Below are positions 51,683 through 64,000 of a stretch of DNA of 64,000 nucleotides, piece after piece. Numbering within the stretch: the stretch's first letter is position 1; each line of letters starts with the position of its first letter. This DNA comes from Owenia fusiformis (Eukaryota), in contig CAIIXF020000001.1 of the NCBI GenBank assembly GCA_903813345.2, positions 42,284,001 to 42,348,000 on the forward strand, given 5' to 3'. The notes under the pieces are model-generated. The model ran no database searches. It was not told where the DNA came from and worked only from the letters and a program-made list of their open reading frames with translations. A program made the position numbers and the translations under genes.

Positions 51683-53650
51683 AAAAACTCATTCGATTCA
51701 TTCTACAAACAAATCGCCCAATTTCACTTCTGTCCGTTTTTTTCTAAGATTTTAGAAAGAGTTATGGCCAACAGAATTGTTGATTTTTTGGAAAAATTAA
51801 AAATATTTTGTGAACAACAGTTTGGTTTTAGAAAAAAACAGATCAACTTATATGGCACTTTTGAAGTTTCTGGAATCACTTCGTTCATCACTTATTGATA
51901 AAAAATTTAATATTGCAATATTTATAGACTTATCGAAAGCCTTTGACACTGTTAACCATGAGATTCTTTTGGAAAAATTACATTTCTATGGAATAAGGGG
52001 TATCGCTCATAACTGGTTTGCAAGTTACTTAACAAATAGAACTCAATCGACGGAGTATGACAATTGTGTTTCACATCCTATCCGAATATCATGTGGTGTA
52101 CCACAAGGGTCGATTCTAGGACCAATATTATTTCTCATTTATATTAATGATATTGTGAAAACAACTTCTTTTCCAAAGCTTATAATTTTTGCTGACGATA
52201 CAAATTTACTTGCTTCTGGTATAAATTTAAACGAATTAGTTAATCTTATTAACAATGATCTAGACATTTTAGATGACTGGTTAAGGGTGAACAAACTCTC
52301 GCTCAATATTGACAAAACTAAATTCATGTTTTTCTCACATCGCAAACTCACTCAAAATGAATCACACCTTTTGAAAATAAAAATACGGAACAGTAGTATT
52401 GAACGAATTAACAAAACTAACTTTCTTGGTGTAATAATCGATGATAACCTATCATGGGAAAGTCATATCAAACATGTCACTGTGAAAATCTCACAAACAC
52501 TGGGTGTTTTATTTAAGGTACACAACCGATTAAACTTTGAATCTTTAAAATCAATTTATTATTCGCTTATATATAGTCACTTAAATTATTGTATTCTTGC
52601 ATGGGGAACTGCTACCAAACGATTAATGGATATGATTTTAAAGCTACAGAAACAGTTCCTGAGACTAATATCACACAGTGCCAAAGATACACCTTCAGCA
52701 CCTCTCTTTAAGAAATATAGATTTATTGATATGTTTGAAGTTTATAAACTCAACGCTGCCTTGTTTGTATTTAATTGTATCAAAAGACCCAAGGAATTCC
52801 CTATCAACATGTTCAATGATTATTTTATAGCAAATAGCAGAGTCCATAAAAGAGATACAAGAAACAAATTTGATCTCAGGTCCATTAAATCGTACAATAG
52901 AAAATCATCCGCTGACAGGTCACCTGACTTGGCTAACTTGTCCACCAGGTCAACCAACATTTTGTCTCTTGCGAGTTCTGATGTTGTAATAAGTTTGACA
53001 GGTTTGCTATCACTCTCTGATCCGAGTGTTGCCTGATCCTGAGTCTTGATGACAGGTTTGTGTAGCGATCCAATTGCGAATTCTAAAGCCCTCTCAAGTC
53101 CCAATCTGCCTAATTTTAGAGCAGCAATGTCACTGATTTGCATGGCTAACAAGGCATTTAAAGTGTCAAAACCTTCCTTCATCAATGAATCTATAGTATC
53201 ATTGTGTAGCTTATTATCCACTGTCCATTGTTGGAAATTAAATTCTGACATGTTGACTATTTACAATGACTATTTTTGAGACAAAACAAAGAAACAAGAA
53301 AACTTTCCAAAACTTTGCATGCTGCTATTGCGCAATGGAACTGGCCCTCTATAGTGTATAAGCAAAACTAAACTAAATTAAAGTGCTGCCCTCTTTATGA
53401 CCTTTCCTCTCTAAATCAAAATAACAAGGTTATTTATCACATAATTTTAAATCAGTATTTGGTCAAAAATCCATCAAACATAGAGGCCAAATTATATGGA
53501 ATGAACTCCAAAACTCCATTAGAGAAATTAATAGCAGAAATAAATTCAAATCGGATTATAAAAAATTACTCATAAAAAATCATAGAAGTTAACATTAAAT
53601 TCTAATCCTGTTGGTGCAGACTTACAGTAATGCAAGTGAAAGAGCCCCAT
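51683..53650 (+). mobile_element. 5'-truncated LINE (L2/Crack-like RT), interrupted at 52892-53446
   Basis: NRPISLLSVF, QFGFR, FIDLSKAFDTVNH, GVPQGSILGP, IFADDTN in and upstream of ORF 51810-53036; C-terminus KSVFGQKSIKHRGQIIWNEL resumes at 53447. Confidence 0.92.
52892..53446 (-). mobile_element. 5' fragment of a probable DIRS/Ngaro-type element (SAM-like gag N-terminus)
   Basis: ORF from ATG 53251: MSEFNFQQWTVDNKLHNDTIDSLMKEGFDTLNALLAMQISDIAALKLGRLG..., a SAM-like pattern I associate with YR-retrotransposon ORF1; flanked by TTAAATC repeats. Family assignment is inference. Confidence 0.5.
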
Positions 53651-54076
53651 AAACCTAATTTAACTCCGGATTCTTATGTTTATACAATATGCTATGCAAA
53701 CCCTGCAACTCTCTCTTCTTTTCTTTTCCTTTCTCTCTCGTTTCTTCTTGTTTATTAAATGTTTAATGTTCAAGCATCAGCTATCTATTTGAATATTTAT
53801 ATAAAAAAGGCTATATACATCCAAGAGGATGTCAAGCCGAGATGTGTAAAGAATATGTAAATGTAAAGAATAGATGAATAAAAACAACAACAAAAAAAAA
53901 CAAAAAAATTCGCGCTCCTTTGGGAATAGTGTGGATGGTATCCGGATTCTTTCGAATGTGCGTGTTAACAATATGCAGAAATTTCATTTTAAATAAACCT
54001 GTATAATATACACTTGTTACTAAAACATTTTGTGGAATGCGAACTTGATTGGCTCTTACCAAATAGGCTACATATC

Positions 54077-55775
54077 CACATCCCATTCTCCTATACGTCG
54101 TAATACCGGAAGTTTACGACGTTATACCCAGTATTTTCGGCGGGAGATTTGTAAGATCTCGTTTATTTCGACGTTTTGACAGAATATGGTCCCTTCCGCA
54201 GGCATACCTCTAGTATCATTACGTCTAAACATTTCGTCTGAACACGGTCTAAAACTTCTCAAACCTTCCAGAAAGCACGACAATTTCTTGAAAACTTTTC
54301 ATGAAAACCATTATACTTTCTACAATTGTAGCCCTATCATCTTGGAATATTGATAATCATAACAATACAATTTTTATATATCATCCAGACACTTCAGTTT
54401 CCCAAATTAATGAAAGGATTCCGAGAAATTAATTTTTCTTTGAAAGTATATAACGTTAAGGAAATTACGACGTTCAAAGATCGGTCCTTCACTGCTTTCA
54501 TAGCAGATGAGCTCATGTAATGCAATGAATTACTTTTGGGCCAAGGATGCGTTCACCATGACATTGTTACTTCTCCCCAAAGTCAATCGGGTTACCAACC
54601 CCCAAAGCCTAACCACGTCGGAAAAGAAAGTATTCTCAGTCACCATATCTATTGAGTTGAAGTCGCCACTTTCTAAGTGTTTCAAAATACATCTGTAAAT
54701 CCGGGGGTACCATAAACTTCCTAACTAGCATTTGGTTGTCCATATTGATTGTTCAATGTATACATGTCATACAATGTCAACATATTGTTTCCACGTCCAC
54801 GCCAACCTAATTAAAAAGTATTTTGGACTGGTAAACATGTCTCTCTTGCCTTGCCTAATTGCCTGATTCAAGTAGGTTGTGAAAATCTCTATGAGGGTAG
54901 AATAGAGCAGCAGATTTATACACACATAAATCTATACATAAAGCTGTACATCTATAATCATTTATTTATGTTTTGTAAAAAAACTATACTTACAATGTAT
55001 TTCGTCAACTTTTTGCGGAGACATTTACTTTTTGCTTAATTTATGCCAAATTTGCTTAAATTTTGCCAAATTTGCTTACAATTTGCTAAATTTACTTAAA
55101 TGTTGCCAAAATTTGCTTAGATCTGGTCAAATTTGCTTAAATGTGGTCAAATATCCCAAATGTTGAGCAGTTTTGTTCATTTGGAACATTTAAGGGAATA
55201 CTAGTTTATATTTCTCTAATTTGGCCCGTTCTTTTCAAAGGTCCATTTACGGTCCATCCCTAAATACATTTTACTTTTCAACCACCCTGAATAATTAAAT
55301 CAGCAAAATAAATAGCTCGAGACCATAACAGAGCACACACTTACAGAAATTATCAGATATAGAACCGTCCAAACTCAATTCAAGGTTAGGTTGTGTTATA
55401 CGGTTATTTTGAATTTTCGATCACTTGCAGAATGTGGTCTTCAAATATCTAGGGCGCAAAAATTGGAAAGAATGTGAGTTCCGATGAAGGAAAACAATTT
55501 GTGAAGTGAGTCCCGACCAAAAATAATAATGTTTTTTCTGCAAGACATTTTTTGTGAAAAATGATCAATTCCTTCCCAGAAGGTTTGAGAAGTTCTAGAC
55601 CGTGTTCAGACGAAATGTTGAGACGCAGTGATACAAGAGGTATATCTGCATGGTATGGTCTACGAAAGGGAAAGAACCATATTCTGTCAAAACGTCGAAA
55701 TAAATGAATACTTACAAATCTCCAGCCGAAAATAACGTCGTAAACTTCCGGTGTTACGACGTATACGGGGGTGTG
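54077..55775 (+). mobile_element. Non-autonomous CAC...GTG element with 5-bp TSD (Transib-like)
   Basis: ATATC|CACATCCCATTCTCCTATACGTCGTAATACCGGAAG ... CTTCCGGTGTTACGACGTATACGGGGGTGTG|ATATC; ~200-bp imperfect TIRs. Confidence 0.75.
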
Positions 55776-56458
55776 ATATCAGGGCACGGATTTTGCGGAA
55801 ACATGCATGACAATTTTAATGACCGACGGACAAGCTTCTGGCAATCGTTACATAATTTCTGTCTTGCAATAAGCAGAGTTCTCTGATACATAATCTAATT
55901 AATATCGAAGAAGTGTTCATAAAGTGCGATGGTTATTATATTTGTTGGTTGATCTTCGAACTGAATTTCAGATAAATTTGATAAGTTGTGTCAATGCAAT
56001 CTCAGTTGGTAAAAATGAAGACAAATTCAGTATGCATTCAGGATGTTAAGTCTCTTAAAATTTTATCACTCCAATTTGGTTGTTATTATCTCAATTTTAC
56101 AGCACTTTAAAATGTTTAAATCCCCCAGATCGCGAAACTACATTTTCGCCATTATATCATGGCCTCCCAGGATTCAGAATGAAGGATATTTATCACTTTG
56201 CAAGACAATGGTATTAGTTTTCACGATGAAAACGACCTCTAAGGTACCGATCTATCTTAATCTGATTTATAAGATCACTGTATATGACAAGAATATTTCA
56301 AAAAGGCTCAATGTGTAATCGTTATCCGCAACTGACGCTCAGCACTCTTCTAAATTAAAATTCGAAACTGATCGATGATAGCACATTATAGAAAAGGATT
56401 TAATTTCTCGCATTCTCAAATATTGTGCAAAGTAGAACGATGATGCAAGTGTCATAGT

Positions 56459-57057
56459 AGCCCTATTCACACTACACGCGGCATTCCAAGACGTCTTGGT
56501 TGAAACGTTTTAGAAAAATTGTGTTGAGTTTACACCACCATTTTCAAGACGACTTACAAAATATGATTGAGTTTACACCTGTTTTCTAAAATGTCTTAGA
56601 GATGTAGGTATACATGTAAAATGAAAAAGCAGTTCAGTACTGATCGAAGGACGGTTCAGTCAATATATCTATTCCTTTCCCGCTTCTATACTTTGTACTA
56701 AAGAATGCATCGGTTTCACAAAAATATTATCCTAAAGACAGCATTGTTAAAAGCATGAAAGAGATCAGGAAGATTTTATGCATAAATTAGGATTGTGATA
56801 AATCGCCAGGCAAATAAGTTCTTCTCGATAATTTGGGGATGATATTGGGAACAAGGGATGAGACAAAAGAAAGGACCATGCGACATTATGTAAATGGAAA
56901 GTTTATAAAACGTTTTAACGCTAAGACGTCTTGGCTATGACTAGGGTCCTGAAACGTTTTAGCTCTTGAGAAAATCTGGATTTACATTACATTTGTAAAA
57001 CGTTTTAACGCTAAAACGTTTTAGCTAAGACGTCTTAGGGCTCTAGTGTAAATCCAA
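56459..57057. mobile_element. Old MITE with AAGACGTCTT / AAAACGTTTT palindromic repeats
   Basis: Weak ends ATTCACACTA ... TAGTGTAAAT; many internal short palindromes. Confidence 0.45.
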
Positions 57058-57503
57058 CAATTGAGAATATCACTACATTTAGATGTTTATTATCATACAA
57101 ACTATTGGTACATTTTTGCATTATCATTTGCATATACACTGTATGTACGCTATGAATATTCCGATTGCTATACCCTCTGTCAAGAAACAAGGTGCATGAT
57201 CCTTTATCAGTCATAACATTTTAAAAAATTTGTATAATATTACTTATCTCTTGGGCGCATAGTGTGTCAATATTGTGAATATCGGAAGTTTTGAAGAATT
57301 ATGAAAATTTGTCTCACAACTCACTGTGACTTTTCCTTTAAATCACGTCATAAATTACAATTTGCTATCATACAGTGTAATACATTTTTCTCTATAGACA
57401 TCGACAGAAATTTATGGAACTGCCAAAACCCGTCTAAAACATGATTTTCAGACAATTTTAGGTCTTAAATAGCAGTGAAATTAGGGATAGGGTGTGACGA
57501 TCT

Positions 57504-57995
57504 AGCTTTGTATAAAAAACCTCCTACCTCATACTCACCTACCCACCTACGTGGAACATGATACAGTCATTGAAGGGTTCAATTTTAAAGATTATTAAAT
57601 CTCAAAATAGCTCAAATTATTATCATTTCTACAATTCCGGCTTTATTTTATGACTAGACAGATCCATAAATAAAGGCATATGGATGCATTTTAATGTGTA
57701 ATGACCCGAGGGCGCCCCAGGGGAATAAATAACTAACGACCGCGAGCATAGGTCTAACAAGCCAGATAAAGAAATTGAAAGAAAGTGTGCTAAATTCGAT
57801 GCCCCGAGTGGGAATCGAACCCAGCTGGGATGTCGTAGCAACTTCCAATCATGGTCCTTACAAATGCATCTATAATTCATTATAAACTAAGATTTAATAA
57901 ACTAAGATCTTTAAAATTGAACCCTTCAAAGACTGTATCATGTCCTACGTACGTGGGTAGGTGGGTATGAGGTAGGAGGTTTTTTATACAAAGCC
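57504..57995. mobile_element. MITE with ~90-bp TIRs enclosing a tRNA-derived segment
   Basis: GCTTTGTATAAAAAACCTCCTACCTCATAC...TTTAAAGAT and its inverse; minus-strand B box GGGTTCGATTCCCACTCGGGGC at about 57801-57823. Confidence 0.8.
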
Positions 57996-58401
57996 TGACG
58001 GTTTTGCTTGAAATAAACAGATTTATATCACATCTGACATTTTTTGGTATGCATAAGTTAAGTATAGGATAGGATAGGATATAACATATCTGTGGGTCAT
58101 TGTGAAAATTATGGGCTATAATTATCTAACAATTTCAAGTTTATTGTAAGATATGTTACCCATGCCCCTATTTTTGAACTGAGAAGAGACTTCTGGATCG
58201 CATCAAATGCTTTCACAAAATGTTTGTTACTAATCGGATTTTCATTCTGTTGTTTTATTCAAGCCTTTGTAACTTTTTACCATATGTACGAAATTCTTTG
58301 AAATTTTCTCCATTTGGTCAAAGTACACAAGGCATTCATTATACATCTGAATGTTTGGTATGATAATAACGAAAAATAAATATGATTAGGATATGGTTGG
58401 T

Positions 58402-59193
58402 AACCCCCCTATCACACCAAACTAGTTCTTACCCGTTCTTGCCAGTCCTACGAAAAAGTCGTAAAACGGGCTCAATCTGGTTGTGGTCGGGAAATATGTC
58501 TAAAATAATTAGCTAATTCGTTCATAAACAGTCTTCAATACGTCCATCTCATTCGCAGTTCGTTCAGGTCGCACCAGGTCGGTGTGCAACGTCGTATAAC
58601 GCGTCCCCAAGTCTAGAAGGTCATCATGACCTGATTACAGAACGGTATGGTCGCATCGAATTTTGAATCGATTCAAAATTCTAAAATCACCTTCCAGTCT
58701 GAGAACGTTTATGAAGTTCGTAAAGAGACCTTAGAAAGTTGCAGCTACGTTCATTCCGTTCGCACACAGTTTAAAACCAGTTTTGAAGAACGCAGTGGCA
58801 AAATTTTTGGTGTGATAGCTATAATTTTGCTAACTCGTTCATAAGCAGTCTTAAATACGTTCTTAAACAGTTCAAACCCGTTTGCAATTAGTTCTACCTC
58901 GTTCTCAATACGTCCTCAGACAGTCCAACTCGTTGTTAAAACGTCCCTAGTAGGAATGAAGTACGACGGTTCCGTTCGTAGTACGTCCAGCTCGTCGTTA
59001 GTACGTTGTCACTCGTTCTAATTCTAAAACTTATCGACCACTAGAACATGTTCTAAGTTATAAGGGACCTACCCGTTCGAGTACGTTCGATGAAGTTAGT
59101 AAATAGGTTCTAAATACGTCCAGTTCGTTCGTACACAGTTGAAGCCCATTTTCGAGAACGTAGTGAAAACTAGTTTGGTGTGATAGTAGGGTT
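58402..59193. mobile_element. MITE, TIR AACCCCCCTATCACACCAAACTAG
   Basis: Inverse CTAGTTTGGTGTGATAGTAGGGTT at 59170-59193; CGTTC-rich interior with an internal duplication of the right end near 58740-58820. Confidence 0.7.
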
Positions 59194-59649
59194 AAGGGCA
59201 ATGTACCCTTTTTCTTCACAGAGTGTATTACCAATTGTCCAATTTATATGTCAGTGTATATCTTTATGTCATTCTCCAAATCAACTGCATCTGTCAAAAA
59301 TTGATTAATTATGTCAGTGTTAATCTGTGGGAGAGAAAGTTGGTGCCACAAATGCGATGACATAACTAAACGGGGAATGGAGATGTTTATGCTGTTACGT
59401 TTGTGCCACAATTTTGTGTGAAAATAATCTCTCTTGGGACTAGTTAGTTTACAGTTGCTGCTTTTTATTTGTTATAGAGACATTACTTTATATGACTGCA
59501 CGGATGTAATCATATCTATATATTGAATGGGAAGCACAGTAGTGAAATAATCGGTCGAAGTGACAAGGAAATCATGGTTGCACTATATATATGCAATTGA
59601 TTGCCCATACAGACACATGGATGACATGGATAACTAGACATGTAAATTG

Positions 59650-61586
59650 AACAAGTTCAATTTAAGACTCCAGATTTAAAACTTTTTTTAAGCTGAGTCA
59701 TCCAAAATACTGTAAGCTGAGCCATTCAGAATAAGCTGAGTCATCTAGAATACAGACATTTAGACAACTCTTAAGTAGCTTATCTTCGTCTACATTGGCT
59801 TAACATGGGGATATCATAATATCGACTTTTCGAGACTTCAAACAGCTATAACTATCTAACCAGAATTTGGGTCGAAATTTGGTTTAAAGATTCGAATTTC
59901 TGAGAAAATTCTACGTTTGTGTCATAACTCATACATTAAATTTTGAGAACTTTTTATGTTGACCTACTTTCCGGACGCCATTCCTCAAAATCGGTAAGAG
60001 TAATCAAAAAGACAGTTACAATAATGAAAGGACTGTCTTTAAGCTACATGCTGAAAAAAAGATAAAGGAATAACGACGAATAGTGACAAAGATAATTGAC
60101 ATAACATGGGATATCAAAATACCAATTTTTTAATTTTTCAAAACGTCATTACTTCCAAACCAGGTGTCGGATTGAAATTTGATTTGCAGATTCGGATTCC
60201 TGAGAAAATTCTACCCTCAATTCATAACTCATACGTTAAATTTGGAGAAACTTTCATGTTGACCTACTTTTCGGACACTATATCTCAAAAGTGGGTCAAA
60301 ATACTTTCTGACGGCAAAAGGCTAACACTATAAGCACACTCTTTGCTACCTGTATACAAAATTTTGAAGCAAATAATTAAAGTGTAGTGTCAGAATCGCA
60401 AAAATAAGTTAAAACTATAAATTTGACCTAGATTTTGACCCAGGCATTTTGGTGACCAAATTGTGAAGCTAGCTAGCTTTTGAGGTCCCTTTCTTTTATA
60501 GGCTTTCATTATGTGAAGCTGTACTCAGTCTTTATCTCGTATTTTACACTTCAAAAATAATGTTTTTTCCCATTGCCATAACATGGGGCACCAAATTTAG
60601 CAATTTTTGAGCTTTCAAAACGACATAACTTCCAAACCGAAAGTCGGATTGAAATTTAGTTTGCAGATTTGGATTCCTGAGAAAATTCTACCCTTAATTC
60701 ATAACTCATACGTTAAATTAAGAGAACTTTTTAGTTTGACCTACTTTTCGGACACCATATCTCAAAAGTGGGTCAAAATACTTTCTGACGGCAAAAGGCT
60801 AACACTATTAGCACACTCTTGGCTACATGTATACAAAATTTCGAAGAATATAATTAATCTGTAGTGTCAGAATCGCAAAAATAAGAAAAAACTTTGAATT
60901 TGACCTAGATTTTGACCTAGGCATTTTGGTGTCCAAATTTTTATGAAAAGAAGGTCTTGTGGTCCCTTTCTTTTATGGGCTTCCATTATGTTTAGCTGTG
61001 CTAAGTCTATATCTCGTATTTTACACTTCAAAAAAATATTTTTTCCCATTGAATTAACATGGGGCACCAAATTTAGCGATTTTTGAATTTTCAAAACGCC
61101 ATAACTTCTGAACCGGAAGTCAGATCGAAATTTCGTTTTCAGATTCGGAATCCTGAGAAAATTTCCTATAAGACTGATATCCTGGACATTGGATTCGGAG
61201 AAATTTTTTTTGGACCTCGTTTTCGGACACTGATATCTCGAAATCGGTTTGAGATACCAAAAAACTAAATCGACCCTAGGTTTTCTACTTTTTTATGAGG
61301 AACACAATGAAAAAAACCAGGATCAAAAATATTGAAGGACGACCGAGATAATGGGAAAAAGTGACAAAGTACCGGATTTGACCTAGTTCTTGACATTTGA
61401 CCTAGATAAAAATTTGACCTAATTTCCCAGAAAGCCGGATACAGTCTCAAGTTAACCATGTAAGTTGGATTAAGTAAGCTGTTATAGTTGACGAGAAATT
61501 TGGTAAGGAGGAAGAAAAAAGAATAATAATAATAAGAAAACAGGCAAAAACAATAGACTCCAGATTTTCAATCTGGAGTCTAATAA
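59650..61586 (-). mobile_element. Helentron-associated non-autonomous element with ~480-bp internal tandem units
   Basis: AACAAG end with AGACTCCAGATT (59665); terminal hairpin TAGACTCCAGATT-TTC-AATCTGGAGTCTA (61554-61582); (AAT)n microsatellite; units starting TAACATGGG at about 59801, 60102, 60579 and 61055. Confidence 0.8.
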
Positions 61587-63670
61587 CGGGTATGCTCCTG
61601 GATCGACCTTGGCCAAATAAGATTGATTATCGAGATTTACCTGTACTATCGCACCATCGGAATACTTGATTATTAAATAACCTGGTCAGGTCCATGAACT
61701 CCGCTCAGTAGAAGGGATCTGATACGGTAATGGTAGGTTTCAACTTCATAAATATCAAGAAACTGTCGTTTTTTCTCTCAACGAGAGCCAATTACATCGA
61801 TCGATTCTGATAAGTTCTTACGCATATAAACTGCTGTCAAAGATCTTCATCCAGAGATTGTCGACTGATAACAGACACCTTTGACTAATAAAAATCAGGA
61901 CATTATCAGGCGTTGAGTTGAACAATATTCGTATACGTTGACAAATTAGTGGAGGTAAGTGAAAATTACTATTATCATGATTCGTTTTCGGATGGAATTC
62001 TTATTTATTTTGCACCGTAGATTAGTTCAATATGGTATATTAACGTGTAACTATATCTAGTACAGTGTAGTAGAAAACAAAAACAACGTACAACAGCAAT
62101 TGTGCTATCATTTATGATATAAGTACAAAATAATTGTCGAATTATACAGTACTTAGTAAAATCTAATCTTGGAACAAGATAGTGGATTGTATAAAAATAT
62201 AATTACGTATATACTCGTATATTAAAAGTTCGCCAAATAATGTTCATTTATGCCGAATTGATGTGTTGCTTCATCCAAAAATGCAAAATCTCTTTCATCA
62301 CTCAAAATGCAAAAAGCTAGGGTTGAGATAATAATATCTAATATCTATCTAATAATTCTAAAATGGTGGGAGTTACAGGAAGTGTACCTTAGCTCCTCGT
62401 TGGTTTTACTTAAATATACTTTGATGACTTTGTTGAAAAGCTCGCCAACACGCGCATATGTGTACACGCACTACATGCCTCGCCTTAACGCGGGCACAAA
62501 CACACAGTTGCCCGTTTTCATTTGCTGGAATTACACCATGCGTTTTAGAAAGGCGCCTGAGGTTTTAACCCGTTTAAAAAATAGGTGTAATCAAGATTGC
62601 TGTTCTACAAAAGCACTTTCCCAAAACTCCTAGAACCATAGTCACCAAAAAACGTCAAAAATGCAATAGGTCATCAAATTATATCGAAAAATTGAAAGCA
62701 AGTTCACATCACTGGCAAAAGTCTCGGTTACGTTTTCTCTAAGATGTTAAAATAATACATTAATTGTAGATGTACACATCTGCTGGATATTCTCTAGTAA
62801 AGAAAGACATTAATTAAAAACTGTGTGGCAGTAAAATGATTTTATAGCTCCTTTCTTCTTCTATTTAATAGTTCTATTTTCATTGGTTATGGGGGGGGGG
62901 GGGCACGCATCGCACTTATGAAAGATTCCTCTCACAAGACTCAGCTATTAATGCATCTGCATCAGATGTACATCTGCAATCAGATATACATGATCTGATC
63001 TATATTCGATAACAAATATTGATACTCATGCTCATGATCTTGTCAGAAACAATAAGTGATTTTTTTCTACTTCATGGTAAGAACGATACATTTTTTGCAA
63101 GGTAATATTCTGTATTTACATTAAAGTCACTCATGCAGCTGTCACTCATGCAGCTGTCTTTTTTTCAATTAAATTACAGGTTTATCAAATCGAAGTATAT
63201 GTCACTCTGGAAGAGATAAATAGAATTGATCAAGAAAGTAAATATTCAGATTGTTAAAAATTGACTGCAATCTCACCTATTATAATGTGTATCATGGTAA
63301 AAGGTCTCAAAATTGAAATTTCGAGACTAATTAATGATAATCCTAAAATTCACGAAGCCTACCCCTATACATTTTAGGGGTGGGGATAAAAATGGCCAAA
63401 AGTGAAAAAATAATAGAGGAAAGGGCACAATTGATTTTGCACCCAGGAAGGTTGTCAGGTCATATATGGAGTTCCACGATTTGTTCCCTTTTTTAGGTTT
63501 TTTGCAATGGCGAGAATAATATTTGAGGTCATGTATTTGCCATAAATTATAAAAACGAGGTATTTGTTACACTTCTAATATGATAAAGATACAAGAAAAA
63601 CATCTATTTGCATATTTTAATTATCATGTAATCAAGGCAAAACGTATATGCTCTATGTAAAAACATGAAT

Positions 63671-64000
63671 ATTCAGTGGAATTGGCCAGTTGACTATGGT
63701 GAAAACAAGATCGCCATGATGTTTGGAAGCATGTACCTGGACATGACTTCTTTGCGCCCTATAGGAGATCCATTGAAAAATTCATGGTGGACCAATGTCC
63801 TGACACAGTAGGGACTCCTGGCACTTCAGTCCTTCATCAGAACCACACATCCAACATGCACATGAAGGGCACATGATATGGAATTTTACCTCTTGATTTT
63901 GAATCTTGGACAGATACCCAGCAGATTGAAGTAACCTATATTCAAATTCTGATGCATGGTACTCCAACTACAACTTTATTGTGTAACACAATTAATGTTA
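63671..64000 (+). pseudogene. Academ transposase remnant
   Basis: IQWNWPVDYGENKIAMMFGSMYLDMTSLRPIGDPLKNSWWTNVLTQ..., QSFIRTTH, DFESW, FKF*CMVLQLQL; matches the QWxWP..YGEDK...GGLHIEM...GDWL..SGW block as I recall it from Academ transposases; stops and frameshifts present. Confidence 0.72.

Noticed and set aside
51810..53036. Intact 408-aa reverse transcriptase gene, or a retron/DGR-type system
   Set aside because: The start results from a frameshift in a 5'-truncated LINE and the end is read-through into an insert; the motifs are LINE-type.
60106..61268. Three paralogous small ORFs (FQN.ITS.P.V..KF..QI..PEKI)
   Set aside because: Translations of the tandem units of a non-coding Helentron-type element, with inconsistent starts and stops.

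Overview
AT-rich, non-genic-looking animal (probably marine invertebrate) genomic DNA made almost entirely of nested transposable elements; no host gene can be supported. Main components: (1) a young Gmr1-type Ty3/gypsy LTR element (24337-29830, minus strand) with apparently identical 872-bp LTRs, a tRNA-Pro PBS, a PPT and a 4-bp TSD. Its single 989-aa ORF encodes Gag, protease and a crippled integrase, with no RT/RNaseH. (2) A nest at 11.5-19.9 kb: a LINE split by a TAG...CTA (Academ-type) long-TIR element that carries a second LINE fragment and a 7-exon, intron-containing Ginger1 integrase/transposase (TGT...ACA, CCGG TSD). The Ginger1 gene is missed by the ORF track. (3) A second Academ-type element (37286-41120) and an Academ transposase remnant at the window end. 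(4) Tandem arrays of double-hairpin elements joined by short spacers, resembling tyrosine-recombinase (Crypton-like) products. (5) Several more LINE fragments, one with a 2A-like motif and one interrupted by a SAM-like/DIRS-gag-like fragment. (6) Many MITEs of Tc1/mariner, MULE, Transib-like and Helentron type. All calls come from reading the sequence by eye; no database searches were run.
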